A stretch of 64,000 bases of DNA from Bacteriovoracia bacterium (lineage in GTDB: Bacteria > Bdellovibrionota > UBA1018 > JBFWNL01): contig JBFWNL010000001.1 of assembly GCA_050251055.1 (NCBI GenBank), positions 203,825-267,824 of the forward strand. Reading direction: 5' to 3'. Within the stretch, counting starts at the first letter, position 1, and every line of letters starts with the position of its first letter. The notes under the pieces are model-generated. The model was not told where the DNA came from. It saw only the letters and a list, made by a program, of their open reading frames with translations, and ran no database searches. Shown here piece by piece: positions 46,875 through 57,511 of the stretch. The position numbers and the translations under genes are program-made.

Positions 46875-48185
46875 ATGAAGACGGATGTAAGCCAAGGGAG
46901 TTCCGATCGCAGACTGGGCTGGACGCTGTGGGTGGGCTTTCGCTACCTGAAGTCCAAAAAAAGCTCCCGGTTTTTGAGCTTCATCACGCTTCTGTCCATT
47001 GGCGGCGTTGCCCTGGGCGTGACCGCGATGATCGTCGTACTTTCGGTCATGGATGGCTTCGAAGCCGAGCTTCGCAAGCGTCTCATGTCGACTGACCTGC
47101 ACGTGCTGATCACCCCTAAGCCCGAGGTTCCGGAATTCAATCAGGGCTTCGTGCCCGCGGCCGCGCTGCAGTCGGTGGGAGCGGCGGATCGACTGGCCCA
47201 GGATCCGCGGGTGGTGCACGTCTTTCCGATGATTTCGACGGAAGCGATCTTTAAGACCCAGCGCCGGGTCAATGGCGTGACCGTCAAAGGGATCGACGAA
47301 GCCCGAATGGAGAAGCTGCGCTCCCAGGTCATCGAAACGGCCGATCCGAAAATGCTGACTCGCGAGGAAGGCCCGCCGGGGGCGGCGAGCACGGTCCGGC
47401 TGCCCGGCGTGATCGTGGGCGAGGAGCTGGCGCGCATGATGGCACTCGCTCCGGGAGATCTCGTGACGCTGATTTCGCCCACCGAGACCGAAGGGCCGCT
47501 CGGCGCGGTACCGCGGCTAAAACGCTTCGTGATCGAGGCGATTTACCGCTCCGGCTCGGCCGATCAGGAGCTGCATACGATCTTTGCCAAGCGCGAGGCG
47601 ATCGAGTCGTTCCTGCGCCGTCGCGCCGTCGTCACCCAGTGGGAGGTCGTCGTGAAGAATTTCGACGAAGCCCCGCGGCTGGCCGCCGAGCTCTCCTCGC
47701 AGCTTCCCCAGTTCAAGGTGCGGGACTGGGTGCAGCTCAACTCCCATCTCTTCGCGTCGCTGAAGCTTGAGCGTGCGGCCATGTTCGTGATCTTGGCGTT
47801 CACGATCGTGGTGGCGAGCTTCAATATCGTGACGACCCTAACCCTCATGGTGCTCGAGAAGAAGCGGGAGATTTCGATTTTGCGCGCGATGGGCGCGTCT
47901 CGCCGCGAGGTCGGAGCGATCTTCTTTTCCGAGGGGCTCCTGATCGGGTTCGTGGGTGTCTCCGTCGGGATGCTCCTGGCCTGGGGGGTGTGCCTAATCC
48001 TGGGGACGAACACCTTTTTTAAACTTCCAGACATTTACTACGACCAGTCCATTCCGGTGACCTTCGACCCAGACTATTATTGGATGGTCGCGGTTTGCGC
48101 GATCGTGATTGTCGTACTGGCTTGTATTTACCCAAGTCGACGCGCCGCGCAGCTATCGCCCTTGGAGGGAATCCGGGCGGGGTAG
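46875..48185 (+). CDS. lipoprotein-releasing ABC transporter permease LolC/E
   Basis: 'RFLSFITLLSIGGVALGV.AMIVVLSVMDGF' and 'V.EK.REISILRAMGA' motifs. Confidence 0.92.
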   Translation: MKTDVSQGSSDRRLGWTLWVGFRYLKSKKSSRFLSFITLLSIGGVALGVTAMIVVLSVMDGFEAELRKRLMSTDLHVLITPKPEVPEFNQGFVPAAALQSVGAADRLAQDPRVVHVFPMISTEAIFKTQRRVNGVTVKGIDEARMEKLRSQVIETADPKMLTREEGPPGAASTVRLPGVIVGEELARMMALAPGDLVTLISPTETEGPLGAVPRLKRFVIEAIYRSGSADQELHTIFAKREAIESFLRRRAVVTQWEVVVKNFDEAPRLAAELSSQLPQFKVRDWVQLNSHLFASLKLERAAMFVILAFTIVVASFNIVTTLTLMVLEKKREISILRAMGASRREVGAIFFSEGLLIGFVGVSVGMLLAWGVCLILGTNTFFKLPDIYYDQSIPVTFDPDYYWMVAVCAIVIVVLACIYPSRRAAQLSPLEGIRAG

Positions 48186-48280
48186 GATTTAAGCGGCTTT
48201 CAGGCCTGCCTTGCGTTTGTGACGCGCCGGGTCTAACGCTAGTGCTTGCGCCAGTTTTGGCGTCGCGTTAGTCATCCCAC

Positions 48281-49450
48281 ATGTTGAGGTGGGTGGGTTT
48301 TCTCGTCAGTTTGGCTTTGTTCGGGGGAAGTGAAGCGAAGGCCGAGGCGGTATTCGATCGGCTGGAGGCGCATGCGCTGGAGCGCTATTTCCCGGACGGG
48401 AATTTTCAGGCGCTGATCAATCAAGCGGACTGTGGGGCTTTGGATAACGCCGATGCGGAGCTCCCGTTCTCGTTTTGTCATCAAATGGACTCACCCGGAC
48501 ACGCGGCCCGAGTCTTCGTACGCAAGAAAGCTGGCTCCGTCGACGTGACGCTTTCGGGTGACGAAGGCGTTCGCCGTTTTTTTCTCCCTCGATTTTTACG
48601 GCTTTGGCGCCAGGGAGAAGCGGTCGATGTCGCCGCCCAGCAGGCGCTCACACATGCGCAAGCGCTGTTTGACCGCTTGACCCGCGTGCGGGTTCGGGCG
48701 GCGGAAAATGGGGTGAGCTCGCTTCAGAATCTCCTAGGTACTTTGCTCGGTGGTCTCGTGCCCCCCGCCGGAAATGCACCGGGAGGAGCTACGGCTTTTC
48801 AGAGCATGGACGAATTTAACGAGCTGGGTACGCTCGGGCTTTGGGATTACTGGCGTGACAGCTTAGCCACGCCGGACGCGCCGGATGCCGACGACGACGT
48901 TATTGAAATCGACGGCGAAGCCATTCGCTATATGTTCGAGTCGTTGAAGGACTGGTTGGGGCCGTCTTTCGGGGTCATCTACGACGGGCTGGCGCGCGTG
49001 GAGATTCGGCGCTATCAGGGGAAAGAGCGGGAAGAAGCGCGGATTATCCTGACCTCTGCCAGCCCCCACGATATCAAGATCAAGCCCAAGTCTGAAAGCA
49101 AACGCTTCGAACTCTACGGAGCCGCGATCCCACAGACGATGGAGTTCCGGCTTCGGGCCAAAGGTACGAGGGTTTGGTTCACCTCCGCGCCCGAGAAGGT
49201 TTTGGCCCCGACGTTCTTCGTGAATATTCCGGTTTTGAAAGATGAAGTTCGCTTTCGCGAGCTGAAGCTCGACCTTTTGACCGGAAACTTCTCGGCCAAG
49301 GTCCGCGCCGGTGGGTTGATCAGCGCGGTAGCCGACGGGAAGCTCTACGCGCAGCATTTGAAGGGTTTGAACCTTTGGAAGACATTCTGGGCCTCCTTGC
49401 TCGATCTCTTTAATCCGCGTTCAAAGTGGAAAACCAAGGAAGAAAAATAG
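48281..49450 (+). CDS. secreted hypothetical protein
   Basis: 389 aa ORF with a signal-peptide-like N-terminus. Confidence 0.65.
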   Translation: MLRWVGFLVSLALFGGSEAKAEAVFDRLEAHALERYFPDGNFQALINQADCGALDNADAELPFSFCHQMDSPGHAARVFVRKKAGSVDVTLSGDEGVRRFFLPRFLRLWRQGEAVDVAAQQALTHAQALFDRLTRVRVRAAENGVSSLQNLLGTLLGGLVPPAGNAPGGATAFQSMDEFNELGTLGLWDYWRDSLATPDAPDADDDVIEIDGEAIRYMFESLKDWLGPSFGVIYDGLARVEIRRYQGKEREEARIILTSASPHDIKIKPKSESKRFELYGAAIPQTMEFRLRAKGTRVWFTSAPEKVLAPTFFVNIPVLKDEVRFRELKLDLLTGNFSAKVRAGGLISAVADGKLYAQHLKGLNLWKTFWASLLDLFNPRSKWKTKEEK

Positions 49451-49456
49451 CGCCGC

Positions 49457-49720
49457 TTAGGTCGTAGGCTTCGGCGCGCGCGCGGCACGCTTATAGTGGG
49501 TGCTCTTGATCGCCGCTTGTCTTTGGAGGGAGAGGGGCCGGGACAGCAGGACCGGCCCCTCTTTTTCGCCGCCCCTCTGGGCGGTCGATGGGTACATGGG
49601 ATTGAACTTGGAACCGGGCTTCAGGGGAGAAGGGAAGACCGTTACGGCCAGCAGGGTGGCCATCACAGTGAGCAGGTAACCGAGCTCAAGCCCTTTGTTC
49701 CGTGTTCTTTCCACCCGCAC
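49457..49720 (-). CDS. small membrane-anchored hypothetical protein
   Basis: One TM segment; lies downstream of the kinase gene and of a CTTAAG direct repeat. Confidence 0.4.
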   Translation of the reverse strand: MRVERTRNKGLELGYLLTVMATLLAVTVFPSPLKPGSKFNPMYPSTAQRGGEKEGPVLLSRPLSLQRQAAIKSTHYKRAARAPKPTT

Positions 49721-49736
49721 ACAGTATCCAGGCGGG

Positions 49737-49764
49737 CTTAAGACGACCTTAAGACGGGATTAAA
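49737..49764. promoter_or_regulatory. OmpR-family (PmrA/QseB-like) binding box
   Basis: CTTAAG-N5-CTTAAG-N5-ATTAAA with an 11-bp period. Confidence 0.5.
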
Positions 49765-49769
49765 AAAAA

Positions 49770-51203
49770 TTAATTTTTGGGAAGCTGCACCATAAAAGTG
49801 CTGCCTTGGTCCGGCACGCTCTCCACGGAGATCTTGCCGCCGTGGATCTCCGCAATTCGCTGCGCGATGGCTAAGCCCAGGCCCGTGCCGGAAGAGATCG
49901 ACTTGGTGGATTCGGCCCGGAAAAAACGGTCAAAGATGCGCGGGACGATATCCGCAGGGATGCCGTAGCCGCGATCTTTCACTTGCACGCCGACGGCCCC
50001 AGGTTCCGCGCTCAGTTTGACTTCGACTAGGCAGTCGCGAGGGGAGAACTTGATGGCGTTTTCGATCAGGTTTTGGAAAATGCAGGTCAGCAGATCGGCG
50101 TCGCCTTGGACTTCAAAGTCCCCGATCTCCGGAATATCCAGGCGGATGGTCACGCCACGCGACTCGGCGAACTTGCTCATGAGCGAAACGGCTTCCAGCA
50201 CGGCCTCGGAAACTTGCACGGGCGCCACGCTGAGCGAAGTCACGCCCGCGTCCACCCGGGCCAGGAGTAGCAGGTCCTGCACCATCCGCGAGAGGTGGTC
50301 GATCTCTTGCCGGGCGCTCTTCATGAACTCCTTCATTTCCTCGGGCGAGCGTTCGCGGCTGAGCAGGACTTCAAGTTCTCCTTTAAGGATGGAGAGCGGA
50401 GTCTTGATTTGATGGGAAGCATCCGCGATGAAGCGCTCCTGGCTCTCGAACGCCTTTTGATTGCGGTCGAGAAACTCGTTGAGGGTCAGCGCGAGCCGAC
50501 TGATCTCGTCGTGCACTTCCGGTACCGGCACTCGCTCGGAGAGTCGCCCTGCATCCAGCCCCTTGGCCTTGTTGATGATTGCCTTGACCGGGGCGAGCGC
50601 CCGGGCCGAGAGAAAGAAGCCACCCAAAGTCGCGATGATGAGCACGAGCGGGATGCCGACGGCGAAAAACGTGATGAGCGCGGCCTTTTCCCGCTTCAGG
50701 GACGTGAGGGGCACCGCGACCTGCAGGATCAGCTTGGGAAGTGGGGGCTTATCCACGAGATAGTTGAGCAGGCGATAGTTTTCGCTGAAGTTCGTCTTCA
50801 CGGGAGCGATTTCGGAGCCCTTGATGGTCTTGATCTGATTGCCGTGGCTTAAGATCAGCGAAAGGTCGCTCTCCTGGAAGGGGAGCGAGCTGCGCGCGAG
50901 CGTGTTGGAGCGCGCGACCACCGATCCTCGCAGATCCCGAATCTGCAGGAACGAACGGCCGACGGAGAACGGAAACAGCTTCGTGCTCTCCGAAAGGACT
51001 GCGGGCGGGATGGAGAGGTCGCCGAAGAAGTTGAAGTCGAGGCCTTGGACGATGTCGACGGTGTGGTTGTAGAGCTGGGCATCGAACTCGCGCTGCTGAT
51101 TTTCGGCGAAGTAGCGGTACAGCATGAGACTAAAGAGCGTGAGCGTGGTGCCGAAGATGCTGACAAAGAGCAAGGTGAGGCGGGTGCGGATGCCGGCTTT
51201 CAT
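49770..51203 (-). CDS. HAMP-domain sensor histidine kinase
   Basis: Two TM segments, HAMP, H-box DASHQIKTPL, N-box NLIENAIKF, GTGLGLAI. Confidence 0.93.
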   Translation of the reverse strand: MKAGIRTRLTLLFVSIFGTTLTLFSLMLYRYFAENQQREFDAQLYNHTVDIVQGLDFNFFGDLSIPPAVLSESTKLFPFSVGRSFLQIRDLRGSVVARSNTLARSSLPFQESDLSLILSHGNQIKTIKGSEIAPVKTNFSENYRLLNYLVDKPPLPKLILQVAVPLTSLKREKAALITFFAVGIPLVLIIATLGGFFLSARALAPVKAIINKAKGLDAGRLSERVPVPEVHDEISRLALTLNEFLDRNQKAFESQERFIADASHQIKTPLSILKGELEVLLSRERSPEEMKEFMKSARQEIDHLSRMVQDLLLLARVDAGVTSLSVAPVQVSEAVLEAVSLMSKFAESRGVTIRLDIPEIGDFEVQGDADLLTCIFQNLIENAIKFSPRDCLVEVKLSAEPGAVGVQVKDRGYGIPADIVPRIFDRFFRAESTKSISSGTGLGLAIAQRIAEIHGGKISVESVPDQGSTFMVQLPKN

Positions 51204-51224
51204 CGGCGCAGTCCCCGGGGCGGG

Positions 51225-51911
51225 CTAGGCCCGCTCCGGATCTTCCTTCATGACGTAACCCACGCCGACGACGGTGTGGATGAGTTTATGTCCCTTGAAC
51301 GGAGCGTCCACCTTCTTGCGCAAGGAGTTGATGTACACGTCGATCACATTGCTTTCGGTGTCGAAGTGGACGTCCCAGACATGCTCGCTGATGCTCGTGC
51401 GGGTGAGGGGGCGGTTGGGGGAGCGTAAAAAGAGTTCCAGCAGCGCGAACTCCTTGGGCGTGAGTGAAATCGACTTCCCGGCCCGCGTCACCTCGCGGGT
51501 CACCAAATCCATCTCCAGATCCGCGAAGCGGAGACGCGGCTGGGAGTGCGGGGAGTTCCGCCGTAAGAGCGCCCGCACGCGCGCCAAGAGCTCGTCAAAC
51601 GCGAACGGCTTGGTGAGGTAGTCATCCGCGCCCGCATCCAGGCCGTGCACCTTGTCTTTCGTGCCCGCGAGCGCGGTGAGCATGAGAATGGGGCCCCCGT
51701 ACCCGTCGCGGCGAAGGTGGCGCGCGGTATCGAAGCCGTTTTGATCGGGCAACATCACGTCGAGGACGATCAGATCGTACTCAGAGCCCGCCACCAGGGA
51801 CTCGGCGGCTTGCCCGGATTCGGCGACATCCACGCTATAGCCCGCCTCCGCCAGGCCCTTTTTCAGGAAGCCCGACATCTTCTTCTGATCTTCCACCACC
51901 AAAATGCGCAT
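51225..51911 (-). CDS. OmpR-family response regulator (CusR-like)
   Basis: MRILVVED, LDVMLP, GADDYLTKPF, SNVIDVYI..LRKK and TVVGVGY motifs. Confidence 0.95.
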   Translation of the reverse strand: MRILVVEDQKKMSGFLKKGLAEAGYSVDVAESGQAAESLVAGSEYDLIVLDVMLPDQNGFDTARHLRRDGYGGPILMLTALAGTKDKVHGLDAGADDYLTKPFAFDELLARVRALLRRNSPHSQPRLRFADLEMDLVTREVTRAGKSISLTPKEFALLELFLRSPNRPLTRTSISEHVWDVHFDTESNVIDVYINSLRKKVDAPFKGHKLIHTVVGVGYVMKEDPERA

Positions 51912-51913
51912 AA

Positions 51914-52432
51914 TTACTTCGCGGGGGCTGGTTCCGGACGAGTGGTTTCGGTTTCAGCTTTTTGCGGGACGAGCAGTAACCCGATTCCGAGCATGATCGC
52001 CATGTCGGCGACGTTGAAGATCCCCGTGCGGAGCCCTCCGATGCCCATGTTCATGAAGTCCACGACGGCGCCGTTCTCGCGGAAGACGCGGTCGATCAGG
52101 TTGCTCAGGCCGCCCGCGATGGCGAACGTGAGTCCCGCCGTGCCGATCGCCGGCATGCGGCGAAAGAAAAGCGCGTACAGGCCAACAACGAGGACAATCG
52201 CCACGGCCACGACGAGGAGCCAAAAACGCATCGACTCGGAGAGGCCCGCGCCCAGGCTTAGGAAGGCGCCGCGATTCTCGGAATACTCGAATCGAAAGAA
52301 GTTGTTCCAATAAGTGCGGGGAAGCTGGCCGCGGATATGCTCCTGCGCCAAAACCTTGGTCCACTGATCCAAGGCGATGCAGAGAAGAAGGGTCGAGAGG
52401 ATCCAAACGCGTCGGGAGAGTGCCAATTTCAT
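51914..52432 (-). CDS. lspA: lipoprotein signal peptidase II
   Basis: LDQWTK, NRGAFLS, GGLSNLIDR, VVDF and FNVAD motifs. Confidence 0.93.
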   Translation of the reverse strand: MKLALSRRVWILSTLLLCIALDQWTKVLAQEHIRGQLPRTYWNNFFRFEYSENRGAFLSLGAGLSESMRFWLLVVAVAIVLVVGLYALFFRRMPAIGTAGLTFAIAGGLSNLIDRVFRENGAVVDFMNMGIGGLRTGIFNVADMAIMLGIGLLLVPQKAETETTRPEPAPAK

Positions 52433-52516
52433 GACGTGCCAAGCGTAACTCAAAGCGTGGGGATATTGAAGGGGGTTGTTTATCTGCCGACGCTTTTGGG
52501 CTACACTTTTAGGGAG

Positions 52517-52909
52517 ATGAGCGGACTAGTCAATCCGGAAGACTTCAAAACCATGGAGTTCAAGATCTCCGTGGATAACTCGGTGAACCGAGACCCCAGC
52601 CGTAAGCAGGCCGTCTTCGACGCCCAGCATGCGGCGGAGTTAGTCGAGGTGAACGAGCAACGCCTGGTGCTCGACGCTCCGGCGCGGATGTGCGCGCTTG
52701 GCCATAACGTCATGCTCGGCATCCGTACGGATAAGATTCAGTTCCTCAGCACCGCGAAAGTCGTGGCTATGGAAAGCCAAGGCGAACGCGATCGTCTGGG
52801 TATCTTGCTCATGCAGTACGATAAAGATACCTGGCTGCGGCTGCGCGCGCTTTTCGTGCGGCGGCAGGAAGAGATCGCCGGCTTCCTCAAGGATGCCAAG
52901 GGGATTTGA
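52517..52909 (+). CDS. hypothetical protein; paralog of 19610-20014
   Basis: ATG after AGGGAG; motif-level similarity to the paralog over its full length. Confidence 0.65.
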   Translation: MSGLVNPEDFKTMEFKISVDNSVNRDPSRKQAVFDAQHAAELVEVNEQRLVLDAPARMCALGHNVMLGIRTDKIQFLSTAKVVAMESQGERDRLGILLMQYDKDTWLRLRALFVRRQEEIAGFLKDAKGI

Positions 52910-52928
52910 TCTCCCAAAGGGGTTGTCT

Positions 52929-54278
52929 ATGGAAGGACCAGTGTTTACGCCCAAAGGGGTGAGTGTGGAACGGACGGAGACTTCGGTACCGGACGCGAGT
53001 GATCCCGCCGATCTGCGGATGCTCGCCGAATACCTCGCCAAACAAAAGATATTAGTGGCCGACCCGCTCAGCGTCTCCCGCGTGGGCATCGCCAAGGCGC
53101 TCGTCGGCATGGGCGCGCAGACAAAGCTCATTACCACGGTGGACTCGTTCGAGTGGGCCATGACCACGATCAAGAAGGATCGTCCGACGGTGGTCGTGTC
53201 CGATTACAATATGGGCACGCGCTGCGGGTTGGAGCTATTTGAAACCGAGGTCAGCGAGTTTGTTTCTCAGCCCGATCGCTTAACCGTCATCGTCACCAAG
53301 AACACCTCTCAGGCTGCGGTAGCCAAGGCGGCCGAAGGCGACGTGGACGTCTACGTAACGAAGCCTTACAGCCTCGATTCGTTTCAAAAACTCATGATCG
53401 AGGCCGTGAAGCACAAGGTGCACCCGACGCCCTATGTGAAGGCGATCACGGAAGGGCGCGCGTATCTCGCATCCTCCGACTTTGAACGAGCGGCTTCGGT
53501 CTTTGAGCGGGCGATCCAGTACGACGAGAAACCGGCGCTCGCCTGTTACTACCTAGGCCACGCGCACGAACTCAACCGCGCCTTGGAGCAGGCACAGGCC
53601 AGCTACAACCGCGGCCTGACTTACAACCGCATTCATTACAAGTGCCTATTGGGCTTGCACGATGCGCTCATGAAGCAGAACAAGTTTCCGGAAGCGTACA
53701 ACGTGCTCAAGCGAATCATTCGCGACTTCCCGATTAACCCGTCACGTTTCAATACGGCGCTAAAGCTCGCGGTGCGTACGGCGGACTTCGCCGATATGGA
53801 AGACTTCTACGATCTTTACGTGCAGATGGATGATAAGAGTGAAGAGCTCGTGAAGCACATTTGCGCGGCCCTCATCGTGGCGGGCAAGGTGAGCCTGCAG
53901 CAAGGCAAGACGGATCGCGCGTTCTCGCTTTTTCGGCGCGCGGGCGTGACGGCGGCGGGTAAAACGGCTTACCTTAAGCAAATTATCTCCATCCTGTGCG
54001 AGTACGGCCACGGGGATGAGGCGGACAAGTTCCTGAGCCGTTTCCCGAAGGATGTTCGCGAGACGGTGGAGTTCCTAGCGATCGATTATCTGGTCATTTC
54101 GAAAGTGAAGACGATCGGGCAGATCATCGAGCATGGGCGCAAACTCTTAAAGGGCGGGCATCATGACCCGCTCATCTATCGCATCCTGGCCGAGGCTTCG
54201 ACCCAGGCCGGGCACGGGGAGACGGCGGAAATGCTGCGGGCGGAGGCCCGGCGGCGGTGGCAGGACGCGTTCGTTTAG
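52929..54278 (+). CDS. receiver domain + TPR protein
   Basis: KILVAD, VVVSDY and YVTKPY, followed by TPR-like helices. Confidence 0.75.
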   Translation: MEGPVFTPKGVSVERTETSVPDASDPADLRMLAEYLAKQKILVADPLSVSRVGIAKALVGMGAQTKLITTVDSFEWAMTTIKKDRPTVVVSDYNMGTRCGLELFETEVSEFVSQPDRLTVIVTKNTSQAAVAKAAEGDVDVYVTKPYSLDSFQKLMIEAVKHKVHPTPYVKAITEGRAYLASSDFERAASVFERAIQYDEKPALACYYLGHAHELNRALEQAQASYNRGLTYNRIHYKCLLGLHDALMKQNKFPEAYNVLKRIIRDFPINPSRFNTALKLAVRTADFADMEDFYDLYVQMDDKSEELVKHICAALIVAGKVSLQQGKTDRAFSLFRRAGVTAAGKTAYLKQIISILCEYGHGDEADKFLSRFPKDVRETVEFLAIDYLVISKVKTIGQIIEHGRKLLKGGHHDPLIYRILAEASTQAGHGETAEMLRAEARRRWQDAFV

Positions 54279-54333
54279 CCTAACTGGAAAAGAAGCTCCG
54301 CCGTGCAGGCGAGTCCGCAAAAAGACATGAAAG

Positions 54334-54410
54334 TGGTGGCTGAGGGCAGGATCGAACTGCCGACCTGCGGGTTATGAATCCGCCGCTCTAACCATCTGAG
54401 CTACCCAGCC
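54334..54410 (-). tRNA. tRNA-Met(CAT), probably elongator
   Basis: GGCTGGGTAGCTCAG...GCGGA-TTCATAA-CCCGC...TTCGATC...CAGCCACCA. G1-C72 is paired, so it is not the initiator; Ile2 is not excluded. Confidence 0.9.
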
Positions 54411-54438
54411 GGACCAAATTGAAAAACGAGTAAAAAGG

Positions 54439-54467
54439 TTTGTATTCCCAAAGGGGTAGGCGGTCAA
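54439..54467 (-). promoter_or_regulatory. sigma70 promoter for tRNA-Met
   Basis: TTGACC-17 nt-TACAAA. Confidence 0.5.
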
Positions 54468-54509
54468 GTGCGTTGTCATCCCGGCCCCTGCGCTATAGGG
54501 TAGGGAGTG

Positions 54510-55463
54510 ATGGATGCTTATCCTAAACCCAAGGAAACCGGGGGGCGGTTAATCCGGCAGGTGATTTCGGGCCTACGGGTCGCCGAGGCCCCCCTCCCCA
54601 TAAGTTCGCATATCCTATGCGCGGTCTCCGGAGGCTTGGACTCCATCGCCCTCGCTCATTTACTCGCAAAATACGGCCGGCGAGTGGGGGGGCAGATCGC
54701 GATTTTGCACATCAACCACCATTGGCGAGGGGAGCAGTCCAACGCCGATGCCCGGTTCGTGGAAGCGTTCGCCCGCGACCGGGAGTTGGAGTTCCTGAGA
54801 TTCGACCTATCTCCGCCGCAAGCGCGACCCGGTCAATCACTCGAGGACTTGGCCCGCCAAGGCCGCAAGCAGATCTTCGAGCAAGTGGCGAGGGAGCGTC
54901 CGGGTGCGCTGGTCTTCACTGCCCATCACGCCGACGATGTGGCCGAGACGATGGTCTGGCGACTCTTCACCGGCGCTGCGGATACCCACGGGGGAGGGAT
55001 CTTGCGGCGACACGGACACGAAGTTCGACCTTTACTTGAGGTTCGCAAAGCGGCGCTCGAAGCGTTCCTTCGGGAGGAAGATGTCGAGTGGCGTGAAGAC
55101 ACGAGCAATCAGAACACTCGGTTTTTGAGGAACCAGGTCCGGCACGAGCTGATGCCCGTCATCGAACGGATCTTCCCGCGAGCAGTCGAGCGACTTGTAG
55201 AAGCCGCCCTGAAAGCCCAGGGGCCCCGCCTTGAAGCGAATCACTCCACTAAATCAGCTGATTCTCTAGATCCCTTAATTCAGGCCGTTTTCTCGGCCCA
55301 AACCAATGTCATTGGACAACGGCTGAAACGAGCCCATATTGAAAACATCGGCCGGATTCAAGAACGAGCCGACGAGAGTCACTCCGTAGAAATTACGTTA
55401 CCCGGTGGATGGACCCTCAACCGCACCAAAACAGCGGCAAAAATGACACGCCAAAAGCCGTAA
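54510..55463 (+). CDS. tilS: tRNA(Ile)-lysidine synthase (short C-terminus)
   Basis: AVSGGLDS, TAHHADDVAET, VRPLL and D.SN...RFLRNQVR motifs. Confidence 0.92.
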   Translation: MDAYPKPKETGGRLIRQVISGLRVAEAPLPISSHILCAVSGGLDSIALAHLLAKYGRRVGGQIAILHINHHWRGEQSNADARFVEAFARDRELEFLRFDLSPPQARPGQSLEDLARQGRKQIFEQVARERPGALVFTAHHADDVAETMVWRLFTGAADTHGGGILRRHGHEVRPLLEVRKAALEAFLREEDVEWREDTSNQNTRFLRNQVRHELMPVIERIFPRAVERLVEAALKAQGPRLEANHSTKSADSLDPLIQAVFSAQTNVIGQRLKRAHIENIGRIQERADESHSVEITLPGGWTLNRTKTAAKMTRQKP

Positions 55464-55550
55464 AAGGCGCTCGGCGGTTTCGGGGTTTTTGCCTGTTTTT
55501 TTGGATCTTTCGTGTGCTACTCTAAAAGTGGAGAGGAACCAGGTTTTTCG

Positions 55551-57488
55551 ATGAAACCATCCCATAAAACAGTCGCCCTTTGGCTCGTATTGATTCTGCT
55601 TTTCGCCGGTTTGTTCAAGGTCTTCGACCCCGGCAATCGCCATAGCCGCAAGGTGAAGTTCAGCCAATTCGTAGAGTACGTCAAAGAAGGCAAGGTCGAA
55701 GAGGTGACCTTCAAAGCCGACAACCTCATCGTCGGCACCTTCAAGGACGCCGGACCCGACGGGAAAAAGTTTTTTCAAACCGTGGGCGATACTTCCAACG
55801 CGAAGGTTTTTGAAATCCTGCAGCAGAACAACATCATCCCCAACTATGAGCAGGCGGAGAAGACCCCGATCTGGCAGCAAGTCCTGATCTCTTGGTTCCC
55901 GATGCTCTTGCTGTTTCTATTTTTCTTCTTATTCATGCGCCAGATCCAGATCGGCGGCGGCAAAGCCATGTCTTTCGGCAAGAGTAAAGCGCGATTACTC
56001 ACCGAGTCAAATAATCGGATCACGTTCAAAGACGTGGCTGGCGTGGAAGAAGCCAAAGAAGAGCTCCAAGAAATTATCGCGTTCCTCAAGGACCCCAAAA
56101 AGTTCACCCGTCTGGGCGGCCGCATCCCCAAGGGCGTGCTTTTGATGGGCCCTCCGGGCACGGGGAAGACCTTACTGGCGAAGGCCATCGCGGGCGAAGC
56201 CGGAGTCCCGTTCTTTTCAATTTCAGGCTCCGACTTCGTGGAAATGTTCGTCGGCGTGGGCGCATCGCGCGTTCGCGACCTCTTCGAACAAGGAAAGAAG
56301 CACGCACCCTGCATTATCTTCATCGACGAAATCGATGCCGTGGGCCGCCACCGCGGCGCGGGATTGGGCGGCGGTCACGACGAACGCGAGCAGACTTTGA
56401 ACCAGCTACTGGTCGAGATGGACGGCTTCGAATCGAACGAAGGCGTGATCCTCATCGCCGCGACCAACCGTCCCGACGTATTGGACCCGGCGCTGTTACG
56501 CCCCGGTCGCTTCGACCGCCGCGTGGTGGTTTCGGCGCCCGATGTGAAAGGACGCGAACAAATTCTGAAAGTCCACACCCGCAAGGTACCGCTCGTGGAA
56601 CACTTGGATCTTTCGACGATCGCCAAGGGCACGCCCGGTTTCTCCGGCGCGGACCTCGAAAACCTCGTGAATGAAGCGGCGCTTCTGGCCGCGCGCTCGG
56701 ACAAGAAGATGGTCGAACTCTCCGATTTGGAAAACGCCAAGGACAAGGTCCTGATGGGCGTTGAGCGCAAGAGCATGGTGCTTTCCGATAGCGAGCGCAA
56801 GACGACGGCCTATCACGAGGCCGGCCACACGCTCGTGGGCAAGTTCCTGCCGGGCACCGACCCGATTCACAAGGTCACAATCATCCCGCGCGGCCGCGCG
56901 CTGGGCCTCACCCAGACCCTGCCGACGGAAGATCGCCTCAGCATGGAGCGTGAGAAAGCCGAAAATCTTATCGCTTTCTTGATGGGCGGCCGGATCGCCG
57001 AGGAACTCATCTTCAATCAAAAGACCACGGGCGCCGGCAATGATATCGAGCGCGCGACCGATCTCGCCCGGCGCATGGTTTGTGAGTGGGGGATGAGCGA
57101 CGTTTTGGGGCCGCTCTCGTTCGGCAAGAAAGACGGCGAAGCCGTGTTCCTAGGCCGCGACATCGCCCAGAGCCGCGACTATTCGGAGCAAACCCAGCAG
57201 ACGATCGACCGGGAAATCCGCGACATCGTCGAACGCAACTATCGCCGCGCGAAGGAAATTCTTTCGGCGAAGCTCGATATCCTGCACGCCCTGGCGGGCG
57301 CGCTGCTCGAGCACGAGACCATCGATGGCGCCGAAGTCGAGCAGATCGTCCAAGGCCAGAAGATCGTCCGCACGAAGCCAACCGAAGGCTCGGCCGCTTC
57401 CACGACGCCGGACAAGGTTACCGATAAGAAAAAGGCAGTGAACCCCGGGACCGAAGGAGGCACCACGCCCGCGCCGGCGCCCGCTTGA
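55551..57488 (+). CDS. ftsH: ATP-dependent zinc metalloprotease FtsH
   Basis: Two TM segments, [21 protein letters not shown] and HEAGH. Confidence 0.98.
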   Translation: MKPSHKTVALWLVLILLFAGLFKVFDPGNRHSRKVKFSQFVEYVKEGKVEEVTFKADNLIVGTFKDAGPDGKKFFQTVGDTSNAKVFEILQQNNIIPNYEQAEKTPIWQQVLISWFPMLLLFLFFFLFMRQIQIGGGKAMSFGKSKARLLTESNNRITFKDVAGVEEAKEELQEIIAFLKDPKKFTRLGGRIPKGVLLMGPPGTGKTLLAKAIAGEAGVPFFSISGSDFVEMFVGVGASRVRDLFEQGKKHAPCIIFIDEIDAVGRHRGAGLGGGHDEREQTLNQLLVEMDGFESNEGVILIAATNRPDVLDPALLRPGRFDRRVVVSAPDVKGREQILKVHTRKVPLVEHLDLSTIAKGTPGFSGADLENLVNEAALLAARSDKKMVELSDLENAKDKVLMGVERKSMVLSDSERKTTAYHEAGHTLVGKFLPGTDPIHKVTIIPRGRALGLTQTLPTEDRLSMEREKAENLIAFLMGGRIAEELIFNQKTTGAGNDIERATDLARRMVCEWGMSDVLGPLSFGKKDGEAVFLGRDIAQSRDYSEQTQQTIDREIRDIVERNYRRAKEILSAKLDILHALAGALLEHETIDGAEVEQIVQGQKIVRTKPTEGSAASTTPDKVTDKKKAVNPGTEGGTTPAPAPA

Positions 57489-57511
57489 ACGTTTGATCGG
57501 AGTCTTTTTCG

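Noticed and set aside
54334-54410. tRNA-Ile2 assignment based on adjacency to tilS
   Set aside because: Adjacency alone is not evidence, and the sequence looks more like an elongator Met tRNA. An isotype-specific covariance model is needed to decide.
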